Assembly: GCA_963751455.1 (NCBI GenBank)
Contig: CAVVUN010000012.1
Coordinates: 32,001-96,000 of the forward strand
DNA: 64,000 nt
Reading direction: 5' to 3'
Origin: Nitrospirota bacterium
GTDB taxonomy: Bacteria > Nitrospirota > UBA9217
Shown here: positions 47,084 to 57,435 of the stretch, in pieces
Numbering within the stretch: position 1 is the stretch's first letter
Layout of the letters: the number at the start of each line of letters is the position of its first letter
The notes under the pieces: generated by a model
Told to the model about the DNA's origin: nothing
The model's database searches: none
The model's input: only the letters and a program-made list of their open reading frames with translations
Position numbers and translations under genes: made by a program

Positions 47084-47380
47084 CGAGACACAGGCATCAC
47101 TTTATTGAACGTAGGCCGACAAAAAATTGACCGGTTTTATTTGGCGTTGAATTTCCCATCCATAACTCCCGGTGTCATCACGCATTGAATTAAACCGCAC
47201 CAGGAAAGGTTGCCTGGGGCATTCCCTTCAGAAGCTATTCCATATTTTTATATTAATTTATTTTCGTTGACTATTCCATATATTGAATATTAGTTTTTGA
47301 TTAACCCTTGGAATTCATGTAGTTTTTTTCTTAAATTCATTGACCATTCATTTAATCTATGTTACGGTATTTCGAACCGA

Positions 47381-47563
47381 TAATCCTGGAAACGGCATTT
47401 GGACGCAGATGAACGCAGATTTACGCAGATAAAACAAAGTCTTTTTAATCAAATGCGACTCACCAGTTGGGTGATTCTTTTTAAAAGTTGAAAATCATTT
47501 TTACTCAAGCATTATCTGCGTTTATCCGATTTTTCTGCGTCCCAACTGCTCTTTTTAGGATAA
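47381..47563. mobile_element. MITE, same family as 24876-25040
   Basis: TAATCCTGGAAACGGCATTTG...CAACTGCTCTTTTTAGGATAA ends with an internal CGCAGAT hairpin. Confidence 0.7.
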
Positions 47564-47704
47564 TACCATGTTAAAATCCTATGAAGATCCAGGCTCAAAC
47601 AATCAAAGTGATTTTTTGGTCGACGGTTGCAACTATTGACACCGTACTCATTTTACAGGGCGGCTTGTGTATCACAGTCGTATTTACGGCCTTAATTGCC
47701 AGGG

Positions 47705-48476
47705 GCGATTGCCTTCTGCCTTGGTGCCCTCATGTACTACTGGGTGTTCTATCAATCTAGTACACTGTAAAAGTAATTCTTGATACAGGCTGAAAACGGC
47801 ATAGAATATTTACCGCGAAGTCGCGAGGAACGCGAGGAAAGCAAAATTCCCGTACTATGTCAGCCTTCGTGGCGTCCTTTGCGCCCTCGCGGTTCAATCT
47901 TTTTGATTTCTGGCTTGGTGCCATAAAGCGCACCGGAATGACAGCTTGGCACTATTAGCAATTATGTTTACGCTGTACTAGTGCACTGTAAAACTAATTC
48001 TTGATTGTATTGCACCTTTAGCCGGGTCCAGTAGTCAGTTACAAATCAAATTCCTCTCAAAACGGCAGGAACATTTACCGCGAAGTCGCGAGGAACGCGA
48101 GGAAAGCGAAATTCCCGTAATATGCCACAGGATAGTATTGCCTTCCTGGCGACCTTTGCGCCCTCGCGGTTCAATCTTTTTAGTTCCGGCTTGTTGGCTT
48201 AAAGCACACCGTAATGACGTCGTGGAACTATTAACAACTAGGTTTACGTTGTACTAGACTCATCCTCGATGGCTATCTGGCTGGGGGCTCGTTGCAATTA
48301 CATTGCACTTATCAGCGGCTCTGTTGGATGTGTTCGGCGAAGGACCCTTTTCAATGATGACGATTCTATTAAACATTCCAATACTCCTGAATGAGATGGT
48401 TCTCGCAGCATGGCTGATAGCGAAAGTATTCAGTTCATCTGCAATCGCGTTCGGGTCTGTAGACGTTGGTTCATAG
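47705..48476 (+). pseudogene. DUF4386-like membrane protein remnant interrupted by two MITEs
   Basis: AFCLGALMYYWVFYQSR before and PRWLSGWGL...NEMVLAAWLIAK after the CTAG insertion site. Confidence 0.6.
47761..48253. mobile_element. Two tandem MITEs (47761-47977 and 47982-48253) with CTAG target duplications
   Basis: CTAG at 47757, 47978 and 48254; ends TACACTGTAAA/TTTACGCTGTA; shared internal ACCGCGAAGTCGCGAGG...CCCTCGCGGT hairpin. Confidence 0.8.
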
Positions 48477-48566
48477 TTGGTAGGTTCAGCAAAGGCGTTG
48501 GGTTTCACTTCGTTCTACCCAAACCTACCGACTAATTAATAAAAGGGCTTTGCGAAAGGAGATTGT

Positions 48567-49427
48567 ATGCAAAAAATGATATTGATCGTTCTGCTGCTCG
48601 TCACGATGGTTTCTCCTGTTTTCGGCGACGGTGGATGTCCCGAACGTCCGGCCAATCAGCAGGAGCTGGCAGCTTTCCAGTCAGCCTACAGTGCGGCAAA
48701 GGCAGCACTGCCTCCGGCACCCAAGGACTGGGTCATGAAGGACGACACTGAGGCGGGCCTCGGGACGTCCGTGCCGAAATGTCCGAAAAGTTCCAACGAC
48801 ACGCCCATCTTCTATTGGCTCAAGTTCAAGTATGCATACAGCGATGAGGCCTCGGACCGTGCGGACCAGAATGCGTTCAACGACGCCATGAAGGGGACCC
48901 CGGAGCAGCAGGCGAAACTGGCAGAGCTGGACCGGAAGATCGAAGCATTGGAAAATGCAAAAAAGGAAGCGCGCAAAAACAACGACTCGGCCGAGAAAAA
49001 CCGGATCAAGGAGGAAGTCAGTGCCGCGAAGGGAGAAAGAAGCAAGATCAAAACGGAGATCAGCAACGCCTATGTGCAGCGGGCCATGTCAGGGCAACTG
49101 TCCCAGGACATGGACAAGACCAAACCTGGCCGCAAGGATGCGGAGTTGATCATCAAGGTCAATGAAAACCATGCCTGGATCCCGGTCCGTGACAAGCCGG
49201 TGTCGATTGCCGGCGCTTCTCAGGCGTATTGGTGCAAGGGGGACAAGAACGGAGGCCGCCTCGTGATCCTGCTCGGCGCATGGGATAAAAACTTCAAATC
49301 GGACCTTGCCAGGACGTCTGTTGTGACCAAGGCGCAGAATATAATCATCGAGATCAACGCCGATCAGCAGATGGCCGAGACCCTGGCGCGGCAAATAAAG
49401 CTCGACCTGTTGAAAAAGCAGCTCTAG
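48567..49427 (+). CDS. Secreted hypothetical protein with a central coiled coil
   Basis: Signal peptide, GGAG RBS, long open ORF. Confidence 0.65.
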   Translation: MQKMILIVLLLVTMVSPVFGDGGCPERPANQQELAAFQSAYSAAKAALPPAPKDWVMKDDTEAGLGTSVPKCPKSSNDTPIFYWLKFKYAYSDEASDRADQNAFNDAMKGTPEQQAKLAELDRKIEALENAKKEARKNNDSAEKNRIKEEVSAAKGERSKIKTEISNAYVQRAMSGQLSQDMDKTKPGRKDAELIIKVNENHAWIPVRDKPVSIAGASQAYWCKGDKNGGRLVILLGAWDKNFKSDLARTSVVTKAQNIIIEINADQQMAETLARQIKLDLLKKQL

Positions 49428-49464
49428 CTCCGCCAGTCGAACTCGTCTTTGATAAAGGAGCGTT

Positions 49465-50121
49465 ATGTTTAAAAAATTGGAGCAGAAGCTTCAAAGCATG
49501 GCCGCTGAAATCAAGAAATATGATCCTTCAGGTTTTGGAGACCCGATTGCCATGCAGACGGAGTGGACTTCCTCAATGGGCGGACCATCCGCTGATAAAC
49601 TGGTAAAAGTCTCTTCTGCGAGACTGGAATTCCGGGCATCTCTCACCGGCAAGCTGGTTTTTCTTTTTTTTACCTTGACCGGATTAGGAATGCTGATCGC
49701 CTTCACGGTCTACAAGCTTTCGCACGGAGGGCTGTCATTCGATAACGACACGATCGTGCCTCTCTTGATTGGCCTTGCCTTTACGCTCGCGGGAAGCCTT
49801 ATGCTGTATTCTATCACGGCTCCAGCCGTTTTTGACAAGCGCAGCGGGTTCTTCTGGAAGGGGCGGAAGGCCCCGGATGAGGTCAGTGACAGACGGACTA
49901 TTAAGTATTGCGCGAAGCTTGAAGATATCCATGCCCTGCAGCTCATTTCCTTTTTTTGCAGCGGCCCGAAAATGCGTCCACACTACAGATATGAATTGAA
50001 CCTTGTCCTGAAAGACGCCAAGCGCGTCTACATCGTTCTTGATGACAAGAAGGACAAGGTCAGGGAAGACGCGCGTACACTTTCTCAATTTTTGGACAAA
50101 CCTGTCTGGGATGCCATATGA
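49465..50121 (+). CDS. Two-TM membrane protein, paralog of 46418-47083
   Basis: Shared motifs listed for 46418-47083. Confidence 0.7.
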   Translation: MFKKLEQKLQSMAAEIKKYDPSGFGDPIAMQTEWTSSMGGPSADKLVKVSSARLEFRASLTGKLVFLFFTLTGLGMLIAFTVYKLSHGGLSFDNDTIVPLLIGLAFTLAGSLMLYSITAPAVFDKRSGFFWKGRKAPDEVSDRRTIKYCAKLEDIHALQLISFFCSGPKMRPHYRYELNLVLKDAKRVYIVLDDKKDKVREDARTLSQFLDKPVWDAI

Positions 50122-50168
50122 ACGTATGGAACTATTTTTTACATTCTCGTTCTGATAAAGGAGAAAAA

Positions 50169-51488
50169 ATGAGAACAGCTTTCTTTTCCGTGTTCAGTAG
50201 AATCATCGTCTCTTTGGTTTTGGCAGTACTGGCATCCGGCTTGATTTCCTTCGACAATTCCGCTGTCATCGCAGCAGAGAAGCACGCGAGTTCCGAGTTC
50301 AAGGACCCTTACAACGGCGGCGGCATAAAGCTTCCGAACGGAGGCGGAGAACCAGGCAGTGCATATACGGCATTTATCAGAGCCTTGTACAGTAAGGATC
50401 ATATGCGAATCTGTAAATTGCTTGCCGAGCCCGCTGATGTGCCGAAATGTCTTGAGCAAAAAGAAGCCCTGAACGGCACCATAGGGATGTTCACCCAGCC
50501 GATAAGCCACAAAGTTCGCGGCGGGTTCATGAAAGGCGATGAGGCAACGCTCAATGTCGCATACAAGCACAAGGGGGTGCCTGAAAATACCGGGTTTGTT
50601 GTAATGAAAAAGACCAAAAACAGATGGTTCTTTTCGTCTACCGGAGGCTCGGGGTCCGCGAACATCAGCGCAGAGGCAAGCGGGACTACGGACCTGGCCA
50701 GTGGCTCAACAGCGGCGAGTGCCGGTGCCGGGCAATCGCCGGAAGCGAAATATACAGGTCCCGCGCTGGGCAAATGGACGTTCGAAGGAAAGGACGATAA
50801 GAAAGTTCTCTGGTCAGGAACTCTTATGGTCAGAGAAGATCATGAGTGTGTACTGGATATAGCTACTGAAGAGGGGGCGGGAAGAGGGGTCGGAGCCCCA
50901 TGTAAGTGGAATCCGGCTAAACGGGAAATCTCGTTTGGCGGTCCCCAAGGCTTCACTGGAATTCTGTCAACTGACGGCAAAAGGATAACGCAGGGCAAGT
51001 GGATTGAGGGGGACGAGGACTATTATACCAAAAAAGTAACTATACTGGGAACCGGGACCTGGTCGGCTGTCCTTACAGGCAATGTCAGTGCAGCGGCAAG
51101 CGGACAGGCTGATACCGGATCTGCGTCCGCTGCCGAATCCACTGGGGCTGCCACTACCGGGGGGGATCCCGAGTTTGCCGTCATTCAGATATCACCAAAC
51201 ATAGAGGAATACACCGGCAAGTGTCCGGTCAGTATCACCTATACTGCAGACATCACATTCAAGACGCCCCTTCCCGATAAATTTTCCTACCGCTGGGAGC
51301 GCAGCGATGGAAAAAAGACCAAGGATCGAGTCGTAAAGCCGTCGCGCAACGGTCAGATGTCCATCAGGGAAGTCTGGAGAGGCGGGAAGTCGGGAGAGAG
51401 GCACGATATCTCGATGAGGTTCTTTGCCGAGTCGGGCGGCGCGCAGATGGTACTGGATCCGCCGAGCGCCAAGGTGATATGTAAATAA
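50169..51488 (+). CDS. Secreted multidomain hypothetical protein
   Basis: Signal peptide; Ser/Ala/Gly linkers repeated twice; Ig-like C-terminus (YTGKCP...YRWERSDG). Confidence 0.6.
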   Translation: MRTAFFSVFSRIIVSLVLAVLASGLISFDNSAVIAAEKHASSEFKDPYNGGGIKLPNGGGEPGSAYTAFIRALYSKDHMRICKLLAEPADVPKCLEQKEALNGTIGMFTQPISHKVRGGFMKGDEATLNVAYKHKGVPENTGFVVMKKTKNRWFFSSTGGSGSANISAEASGTTDLASGSTAASAGAGQSPEAKYTGPALGKWTFEGKDDKKVLWSGTLMVREDHECVLDIATEEGAGRGVGAPCKWNPAKREISFGGPQGFTGILSTDGKRITQGKWIEGDEDYYTKKVTILGTGTWSAVLTGNVSAAASGQADTGSASAAESTGAATTGGDPEFAVIQISPNIEEYTGKCPVSITYTADITFKTPLPDKFSYRWERSDGKKTKDRVVKPSRNGQMSIREVWRGGKSGERHDISMRFFAESGGAQMVLDPPSAKVICK

Positions 51489-51543
51489 AGGTTGACCGCA
51501 GCAGAGAGTGTGTGCGGGTTTAGCTTATTACAGGGAGGCAATA

Positions 51544-52377
51544 ATGATGAAAAAAAGTGTGCTCATGTTTCTGGGTCTGTTCCTTATCATGTCCAGTATC
51601 GGTCTTTTTAGTGCGGCGGCCGAAGAGGATAGAAAAGGGAGCAAGGACCATCCCCTGCTGTCGAGGATGCCGAACTTCTATATATACCTGTACAGCGAGA
51701 GCGATTACGAGAGTCACAAATTTAATAAGGACAACAAGTGGATCCCGGTCGAAGGCCGCTTTTGTTCTATAAAGTACGTTCTTAACAAGAAGGCAGCACA
51801 GCCAGGAGCGCTTAAGATCATGAGGAACATCCAGAACGCTCTTACCAAAGTCGGAGGCAAGGTTCTTTACGAGGACAGCCACACTTCGACGATTTTGCTC
51901 CAGAAGGACGGCAGGGAAACATGGGTCGAGGTAAAACCGTGGCAGACTGGATACGAACTTTTTATCATCGAAAAAGAAGTGATGAAGCAGGAAGTAGTTG
52001 CTGATGCTGCAGCGATGGGCAATGACATCAACGCGACCGGCCACGTTTCGGTATACGGCATATACTTCGACACCGGGAAATCGGAGGTCAAGCCCGAATC
52101 CGACGCCGCGATCTCGGAGATTGCAAAGCTCCTTAAGAACGATGGAGCGCTGAAGCTCTACGTGGTAGGCCATACCGACAACGTGGGAACCTTCGAGTCC
52201 AACATGAAATTATCGGTAGACCGTGCAGACGCAGTGGCAAAGGCCTTGTCGGGAAAATACGCAATAGCCGCTGCACGCTTGTTGCCCCAGGGCGTTGCCT
52301 CCCTTTCACCCGTCACCTCGAACGACACGGAAGAAGGAAAGGCAAAGAACCGGCGGGTGGAATTGGTCAAACAGTGA
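51544..52377 (+). CDS. OmpA family protein with DUF4892-like N-terminus
   Basis: GSKDHPLLSRMP; IYFDTGK, VGHTDN, LS..RA, NRRVELV. Confidence 0.88.
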   Translation: MMKKSVLMFLGLFLIMSSIGLFSAAAEEDRKGSKDHPLLSRMPNFYIYLYSESDYESHKFNKDNKWIPVEGRFCSIKYVLNKKAAQPGALKIMRNIQNALTKVGGKVLYEDSHTSTILLQKDGRETWVEVKPWQTGYELFIIEKEVMKQEVVADAAAMGNDINATGHVSVYGIYFDTGKSEVKPESDAAISEIAKLLKNDGALKLYVVGHTDNVGTFESNMKLSVDRADAVAKALSGKYAIAAARLLPQGVASLSPVTSNDTEEGKAKNRRVELVKQ

Positions 52378-52427
52378 TGAAGGCGGTACTTAATTAAGAG
52401 AATATCATTCAATTAAATTGACGGAAT

Positions 52428-52484
52428 TACTAACCTGGGGCTCGAGAGCGGCGCGAAAAGCCGCGCCTCATCCCCGCGTTAAAG
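52428..52484 (+). other. Isolated attC site
   Basis: TACTAAC.TGGGGCTCGAG..GGCGCG.AAA.CCGCGCC.TCATCCCC..GTTAAAG. Confidence 0.65.
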
Positions 52485-52839
52485 GTGCTTATAGCGGTAA
52501 TCCCCGTCCTATATTATTTGTTCTTCTAACTCATTTCTCAGGTTGTCAGGCAGAATCGAGCCAAGATCTGGAGAATTATTCGGACTCGTTCGTCAAAGGA
52601 AATCTTATGGACGGCTCGATTGCTTTTTCGGTGTCCTTGATGATAATTTGATGCTGCTACTCGCAGGTGTTCCTTCCAGTCGCCTGTTTTTCATTTGTAA
52701 TGCGTAATTGCAACAACTTATCCTTGACATTTCTCCCGCCTATATGCAACTATTACAGCGGATATTAGCAGAGAAGAATTCGGTGGCGTAAGCACCAAGA
52801 AGTACAATTTCCAGTTCGCTATCCGAGGACGATGGAATA

Positions 52840-53871
52840 ATGTTCTCCCTTAAGTCATGTTCAGAACTTATCAGTAAGAAGGTTAGTCACTATTCTGCCA
52901 CGTCGCAAACCGGTTTCGACGCCAGGACAACATTCGGGCTGATGGTCATAGGCTCTCTTGTCCTGTGGCCCTTTGCGCTTTACCACATTATTGCCGGCAA
53001 CTTCTTCATGATGACGATAGTCGGCGGACTTGCTCTTCTTGCCACTGCCAATGCCATCCAAATCCAGCGCAAGGAAGTTGCTCCACCGTTACTGATGCTG
53101 ATCACATCTGTGCTTAGCTCCATTACTGCATTGTTAGCTGCCTTTCATCTGAAGCTTGCCGGAATTTTCTGGGTCTATCCGGCTCTTATCTTCAATTACT
53201 CACTGGTGGGTACGCGGGTAGCCGTCTGGGTCAATATAACCCTTTGCGTGTCGGTATTGTATTATGTCGGCATTTGGGCAGACTGGCCGCAATGGCAGCG
53301 CATAGCAGTTACCATGGCTGCCACAGCCTCTTTTGGCCATATTTTTTCATCGAATATTGACCGCCAGAAACAAGCCCTGTTGGCAATGGCAACTATCGAC
53401 CCTCTCACAGGGGTCCGTAACCGGCACGAACTGCAGTTGGAACTACTGAAGGCCTGCGGTCAACAAACTCGCTCAGGCACCCCCGTCACGCTGCTGGTCC
53501 TCGATATCGATTTTTTCAAAAAAATTAATGACACACATGGCCACATCAAAGGCGACGAAGTACTGATTGAAATTGCCAAACTGATGGGTAAACGCCTGCG
53601 CACCACAGACAGTCTTTACCGATACGGAGGAGAAGAGTTTCTTGTGCTGGCCGGCGGAACGAGTGTTGACGGGGGACGGATTCTTGCCGAGAATCTGCGT
53701 GACGCCATACAGAATGCCAGGCCGGGCGGACTGCTCGGAATCAGCATTTCGCTGGGCGTGGCACAATACGCTCCCCCGGAATCAATCAGCGAATGGCTCC
53801 AGCGTGCTGACGAAGCCCTTTATCGAGCGAAAGCGAACGGCCGAAACCGGGTCGAATTTGCTGACCAGTAA
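52840..53871 (+). CDS. Membrane-bound diguanylate cyclase (GGDEF)
   Basis: N-terminal TM bundle; DPLTG, DIDFFKKIND.HGH, RxxD I-site (RTTD), RYGGEEF. Confidence 0.93.
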   Translation: MFSLKSCSELISKKVSHYSATSQTGFDARTTFGLMVIGSLVLWPFALYHIIAGNFFMMTIVGGLALLATANAIQIQRKEVAPPLLMLITSVLSSITALLAAFHLKLAGIFWVYPALIFNYSLVGTRVAVWVNITLCVSVLYYVGIWADWPQWQRIAVTMAATASFGHIFSSNIDRQKQALLAMATIDPLTGVRNRHELQLELLKACGQQTRSGTPVTLLVLDIDFFKKINDTHGHIKGDEVLIEIAKLMGKRLRTTDSLYRYGGEEFLVLAGGTSVDGGRILAENLRDAIQNARPGGLLGISISLGVAQYAPPESISEWLQRADEALYRAKANGRNRVEFADQ

Positions 53872-53979
53872 TTCAGTTGAACTACTGGTATACGGGAAGT
53901 CGGTCATCTTTTTCGGGGTCATAGCCACGGCCGCTGCAACCAGAGGCATTAACAAAGGACATCACCACCCTACGACAGT

Positions 53980-56106
53980 CTATCGTGCTGTTGATGATGA
54001 AACTAAAAAGTCGTCTTCAATCTGAATCACCGCATCAACATCCTCTGCCGCTCCATCTGACGCAATGTTCCATGTGATCCAGACCGCAAGATGGATGAAA
54101 AGAGCCGGTATGAGGATCAGTTCCAGGCGGGCCAGTGCTCCTGTCCAGAGCCCTCCGCTGTCTCCCTGTGACAATATTTGCCTGATCGGGGCAACAAGCA
54201 CGCCGAAAAAGAATTTTAGAAAATACCCGATCCATGCTCCTGCAACAGCAGCGGGTATGATGAGCGCGGGCATTCCCTTCCTGCGAAAATAAAGATAGAT
54301 GAAAGAACTCAGCATGACGCCCTGAATCAACGGGCCATAAAGCATCCAGCCCGGCCTGTTGCCCGCAAGCACTACTGTGAACAGCCAGCTGTAAACGCCC
54401 GCCAGAAAACCAGCGGCTATTCCGGTCGCGATTTCCGACCTTTGCGCGTGCGCCTGCCAGGCGAATGTGCCAAAGAGAGCGGCAGCTGCGCCTCCCCAGC
54501 CGAAAATTATTGAAGCCGGAAGCGCGGCCTCAAAAAGGGAAGATGCGCGTTTGGTAGAGGAGATCAGGACATAAAATAACTGTTGGATCGCCGGAGGAGC
54601 TTCAGGATAGCCATATACGATAAATTCTCTCGCGAGTTGCGCGACGATTGCGGAACAGAGCGTGATCAGCAGAGCAAAGGCAGCCTGGCGCCGGCGCTTT
54701 GCATTCGCCGGGTCTTCGTTATCAGCCTTGCCGGTCAAACGCATACCGTCAAGAATAATGGAAATCCAGACGGAATAAGCCATGAGCCCTGTTGTGATCA
54801 GCATTTGCAGCGAGAGCGGCGCGCCGGCCTGGGACCGGTACCCGAGCCAGGAGTAAATGAAAAACGAGGCAAATAACAGCAACATGAGCTGCAGAATGAT
54901 TGCCCGCAACGGTCTTCCCATAGCAGCCTGGCCCAGACCCGGGACCAGAAGAAGCGCCTTCCTTCGGGTGCTGCGGGAAGGCCCCAGAACGTTCTGAAGA
55001 GCAAAGAGCCGGCTGTTTGCTGTAAAGAGCAGCCAGCCAAAAACCGCGACCATGCCTGCAAGCGCTCCTATCCTGATCCATTCATACGTTTTTCTTTGGA
55101 ACTGGCTAGCCGCGTAGAGCCTCTGTAAACCCGGATCTCCAAATGTACCCAGAAAACGTCCGCTGTTCGCATATCGTAAGACCGTCAGAGAGGCTCGGTC
55201 AGCCACAAGAACATCATCTCTGCGGGCTAAAATATCCCAAGGGTCGCTTGCTCCTGAATACCTGAAATTTCTCTGAAGACCTGTGTTAAATTCAAATGAC
55301 AGCACTTTGCCGCCAATTAAGCCCGGGCCGCGAACAACAGCATACATTGCATCGCTGACCAGGTCAACTTTCACAGGATTGATATTGTTTGATGGTTCCT
55401 GAGGGAAAACAGGAACAATTTTATCGAGTGTCCCGTCGGGATAGAAAAGAACAATACGCGAATTACCAATATCCGCAGCAATCAGCCTGTCACCTGCAAA
55501 GGTCAATCCCTGCGGGTTTTGAAGCGGCGTTTTCGGTGAATAGACCCTTTCCAGGTCAGGAACCTGGTCGCCCATGAGCGAAGACGCTGGAGCGCCGGAG
55601 GGAACGGTAATCGTCTTCATCTCTTTCTCATCCGGCCCAAATATCTGTATACGATGCTGAGACGTATCCGCGAAATAAAGAATTCCCGTGGAGGGGTCCT
55701 TCGTCAGGTTGCAGGAATGATTTTCACCGGTTGACGGCACGCGCAAATGGTTAGTAAGCAGCTTCCCCTCCGGGGAATAATACTGCAGCAGCTGAGAATC
55801 GCGCAGGGCGAACAGCAATCGTCCGTCTTCTTCAACGAAAAAGTCGGCGACATCCGGTACAGACGCCTCCGTGTCGAGCTCGAGCACAAAAAGCAGTTCG
55901 CCCTCGGAAGAAATTTTTGCAATATTCCGATCAACCTGAACATAGATGGTATCGTTCGGCCCTCTGACCAGGCGCGACGGTCCTTCAACCTCCGCTGATT
56001 TTCTGTCAGCCCACAATGACAACAGGAAAAGCCCGACCAAAATAAGCAGGACAACGGACGCGTTACGAAAAAATAATGTATTGTGCGATTTATTTTTTGA
56101 AATCAT
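53980..56106 (-). CDS. NHL-repeat beta-propeller fused to a polytopic membrane domain
   Basis: LYFADT..HRIQIF, PQGL...ADIGNSRI, VADR..; multi-TM C-terminus with LVPGLGQ. Confidence 0.75.
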   Translation of the reverse strand: MISKNKSHNTLFFRNASVVLLILVGLFLLSLWADRKSAEVEGPSRLVRGPNDTIYVQVDRNIAKISSEGELLFVLELDTEASVPDVADFFVEEDGRLLFALRDSQLLQYYSPEGKLLTNHLRVPSTGENHSCNLTKDPSTGILYFADTSQHRIQIFGPDEKEMKTITVPSGAPASSLMGDQVPDLERVYSPKTPLQNPQGLTFAGDRLIAADIGNSRIVLFYPDGTLDKIVPVFPQEPSNNINPVKVDLVSDAMYAVVRGPGLIGGKVLSFEFNTGLQRNFRYSGASDPWDILARRDDVLVADRASLTVLRYANSGRFLGTFGDPGLQRLYAASQFQRKTYEWIRIGALAGMVAVFGWLLFTANSRLFALQNVLGPSRSTRRKALLLVPGLGQAAMGRPLRAIILQLMLLLFASFFIYSWLGYRSQAGAPLSLQMLITTGLMAYSVWISIILDGMRLTGKADNEDPANAKRRRQAAFALLITLCSAIVAQLAREFIVYGYPEAPPAIQQLFYVLISSTKRASSLFEAALPASIIFGWGGAAAALFGTFAWQAHAQRSEIATGIAAGFLAGVYSWLFTVVLAGNRPGWMLYGPLIQGVMLSSFIYLYFRRKGMPALIIPAAVAGAWIGYFLKFFFGVLVAPIRQILSQGDSGGLWTGALARLELILIPALFIHLAVWITWNIASDGAAEDVDAVIQIEDDFLVSSSTAR

Positions 56107-56145
56107 GCAGACTCCTGTCTGTTTTTTGCTGTGGCTTAGCACTGA

Positions 56146-57336
56146 TTATGTACTCATCACAGCAAGCGCAACCATCGCCGCTGCAACAGCAGCTTCGAGA
56201 ACGATCCAGGGCCAGGCTTTTTTGAATATAAGCTGCGGCCGGAGAATGCCCGCATCGGTCCGGACCGTAATCAGCGGCCGGTATTCTTTTCCGAACTTGA
56301 GTTTCCTCGTCTCCACGCGGAAGAGCAGCCGTGCCGCGTCAGGGCCGAAAGAACCGCCTTTTGGTTCAATCCAGTGATCATTAGAGGAAAGAGTGCCTGT
56401 TGTTCCGCTGCAGCCCAGGGCCATTACCGGTACGCTTACGAGCGAGGTTTTTTTCCACCACGGCAGCTTGATCACCTTTCCCGTTTGAGCAACGATAAAC
56501 TTCTTGGCTCCCTTTCCCTTCACGGCTGAATCAAGCATCACTTTCTGGATGGCCTGTTTCATCTCAAGTGCTCCCTGAAACCGCTTGTCCATATCAGGAG
56601 CAAGGGCTTTGCGGATGATACCGGCAGTCTCCCGACTGACATGCGGGCTCAGGGTACAGGGATCAGGAAACTGAAGGGGATTCTCGGATGGGTTTCTTCC
56701 GGTGACACAGTGATGAAGCGTCGCACCAAGAGAAAAGATATCGGAGCGGACGTCCGTTTGGCTGGACCCGTACTGCTCCGGGGCGGCATACCCCGGGGTC
56801 CCGTACACGTAGGTGTCTTCCCGCTTGTCTTCTTTAAAGAACCGGGCAATCCCGAAATCGATCAGCTTGACCTTGCCATCGCGGGTAATCATGATATTCG
56901 AGGGCTTCAGGTCCCGGAACACGATGGGCCGCGGCTTCTGCACGCTCAGGAAGTGCACGGCCCTGCAGATCTGGAGCGCCCAGGACAGGGCAAGCTGCTC
57001 GTCAACGGGCCTTCCGTTCCTTGCGTCCAGAAGCTCTTCCAGGGTCTTGCCCCGGATGTATTCCATGATGATATAGTGCCGGTCTTTGATGCTGAAGTAA
57101 TCATACACCTTCGGGAGGTTCTGGTGTGTGAGACGCATCAGGATCCTTGCTTCGGTCCGGAATTGTTCGAGCGCTTCCAGCAGCTTCTCACCGGAAAGTT
57201 TTCCGGCCTTGAGTTCCTTTGCCGCAAAGGTCTTTCGGCCTCTCTGCCTGCGGTCCACGACTTTGTATACGCAGCCCATGCCGCCTTTGCCGAGGATGCC
57301 CAGGATTTCATATCTATTTTTGAGAATGCGGGTCAT
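56146..57336 (-). CDS. Hanks-type Ser/Thr protein kinase with C-terminal anchor
   Basis: LGKGGMG.VY, FRDLKPSN, DFGIAR, GTPGYAAPEQY. Confidence 0.95.
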   Translation of the reverse strand: MTRILKNRYEILGILGKGGMGCVYKVVDRRQRGRKTFAAKELKAGKLSGEKLLEALEQFRTEARILMRLTHQNLPKVYDYFSIKDRHYIIMEYIRGKTLEELLDARNGRPVDEQLALSWALQICRAVHFLSVQKPRPIVFRDLKPSNIMITRDGKVKLIDFGIARFFKEDKREDTYVYGTPGYAAPEQYGSSQTDVRSDIFSLGATLHHCVTGRNPSENPLQFPDPCTLSPHVSRETAGIIRKALAPDMDKRFQGALEMKQAIQKVMLDSAVKGKGAKKFIVAQTGKVIKLPWWKKTSLVSVPVMALGCSGTTGTLSSNDHWIEPKGGSFGPDAARLLFRVETRKLKFGKEYRPLITVRTDAGILRPQLIFKKAWPWIVLEAAVAAAMVALAVMST

Positions 57337-57348
57337 AATAACCTTTTA

Positions 57349-57428
57349 CGCATAGCGCATAGCGCATGGCGCATAGGGCAGGCGTATGGTGTATCTGCGC
57401 TCCGCGCTCTGCGCCATGCGCCATGCGA
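57349..57428. repeat. Inverted heptamer tandem repeat (GCGCATA/GCGCATG units and complement)
   Basis: CGCATAGCGCATAGCGCATGGCGCATAGGG...TGCGCCATGCGCCATGCG; similar at 61651-61723. Confidence 0.7.
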
Positions 57429-57435
57429 TGTATCT

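Noticed and set aside
47761-48253. CRISPR or riboswitch tandem
   Set aside because: Only two long units with terminal inverted repeats and CTAG duplications interrupting a gene remnant, which fits MITEs
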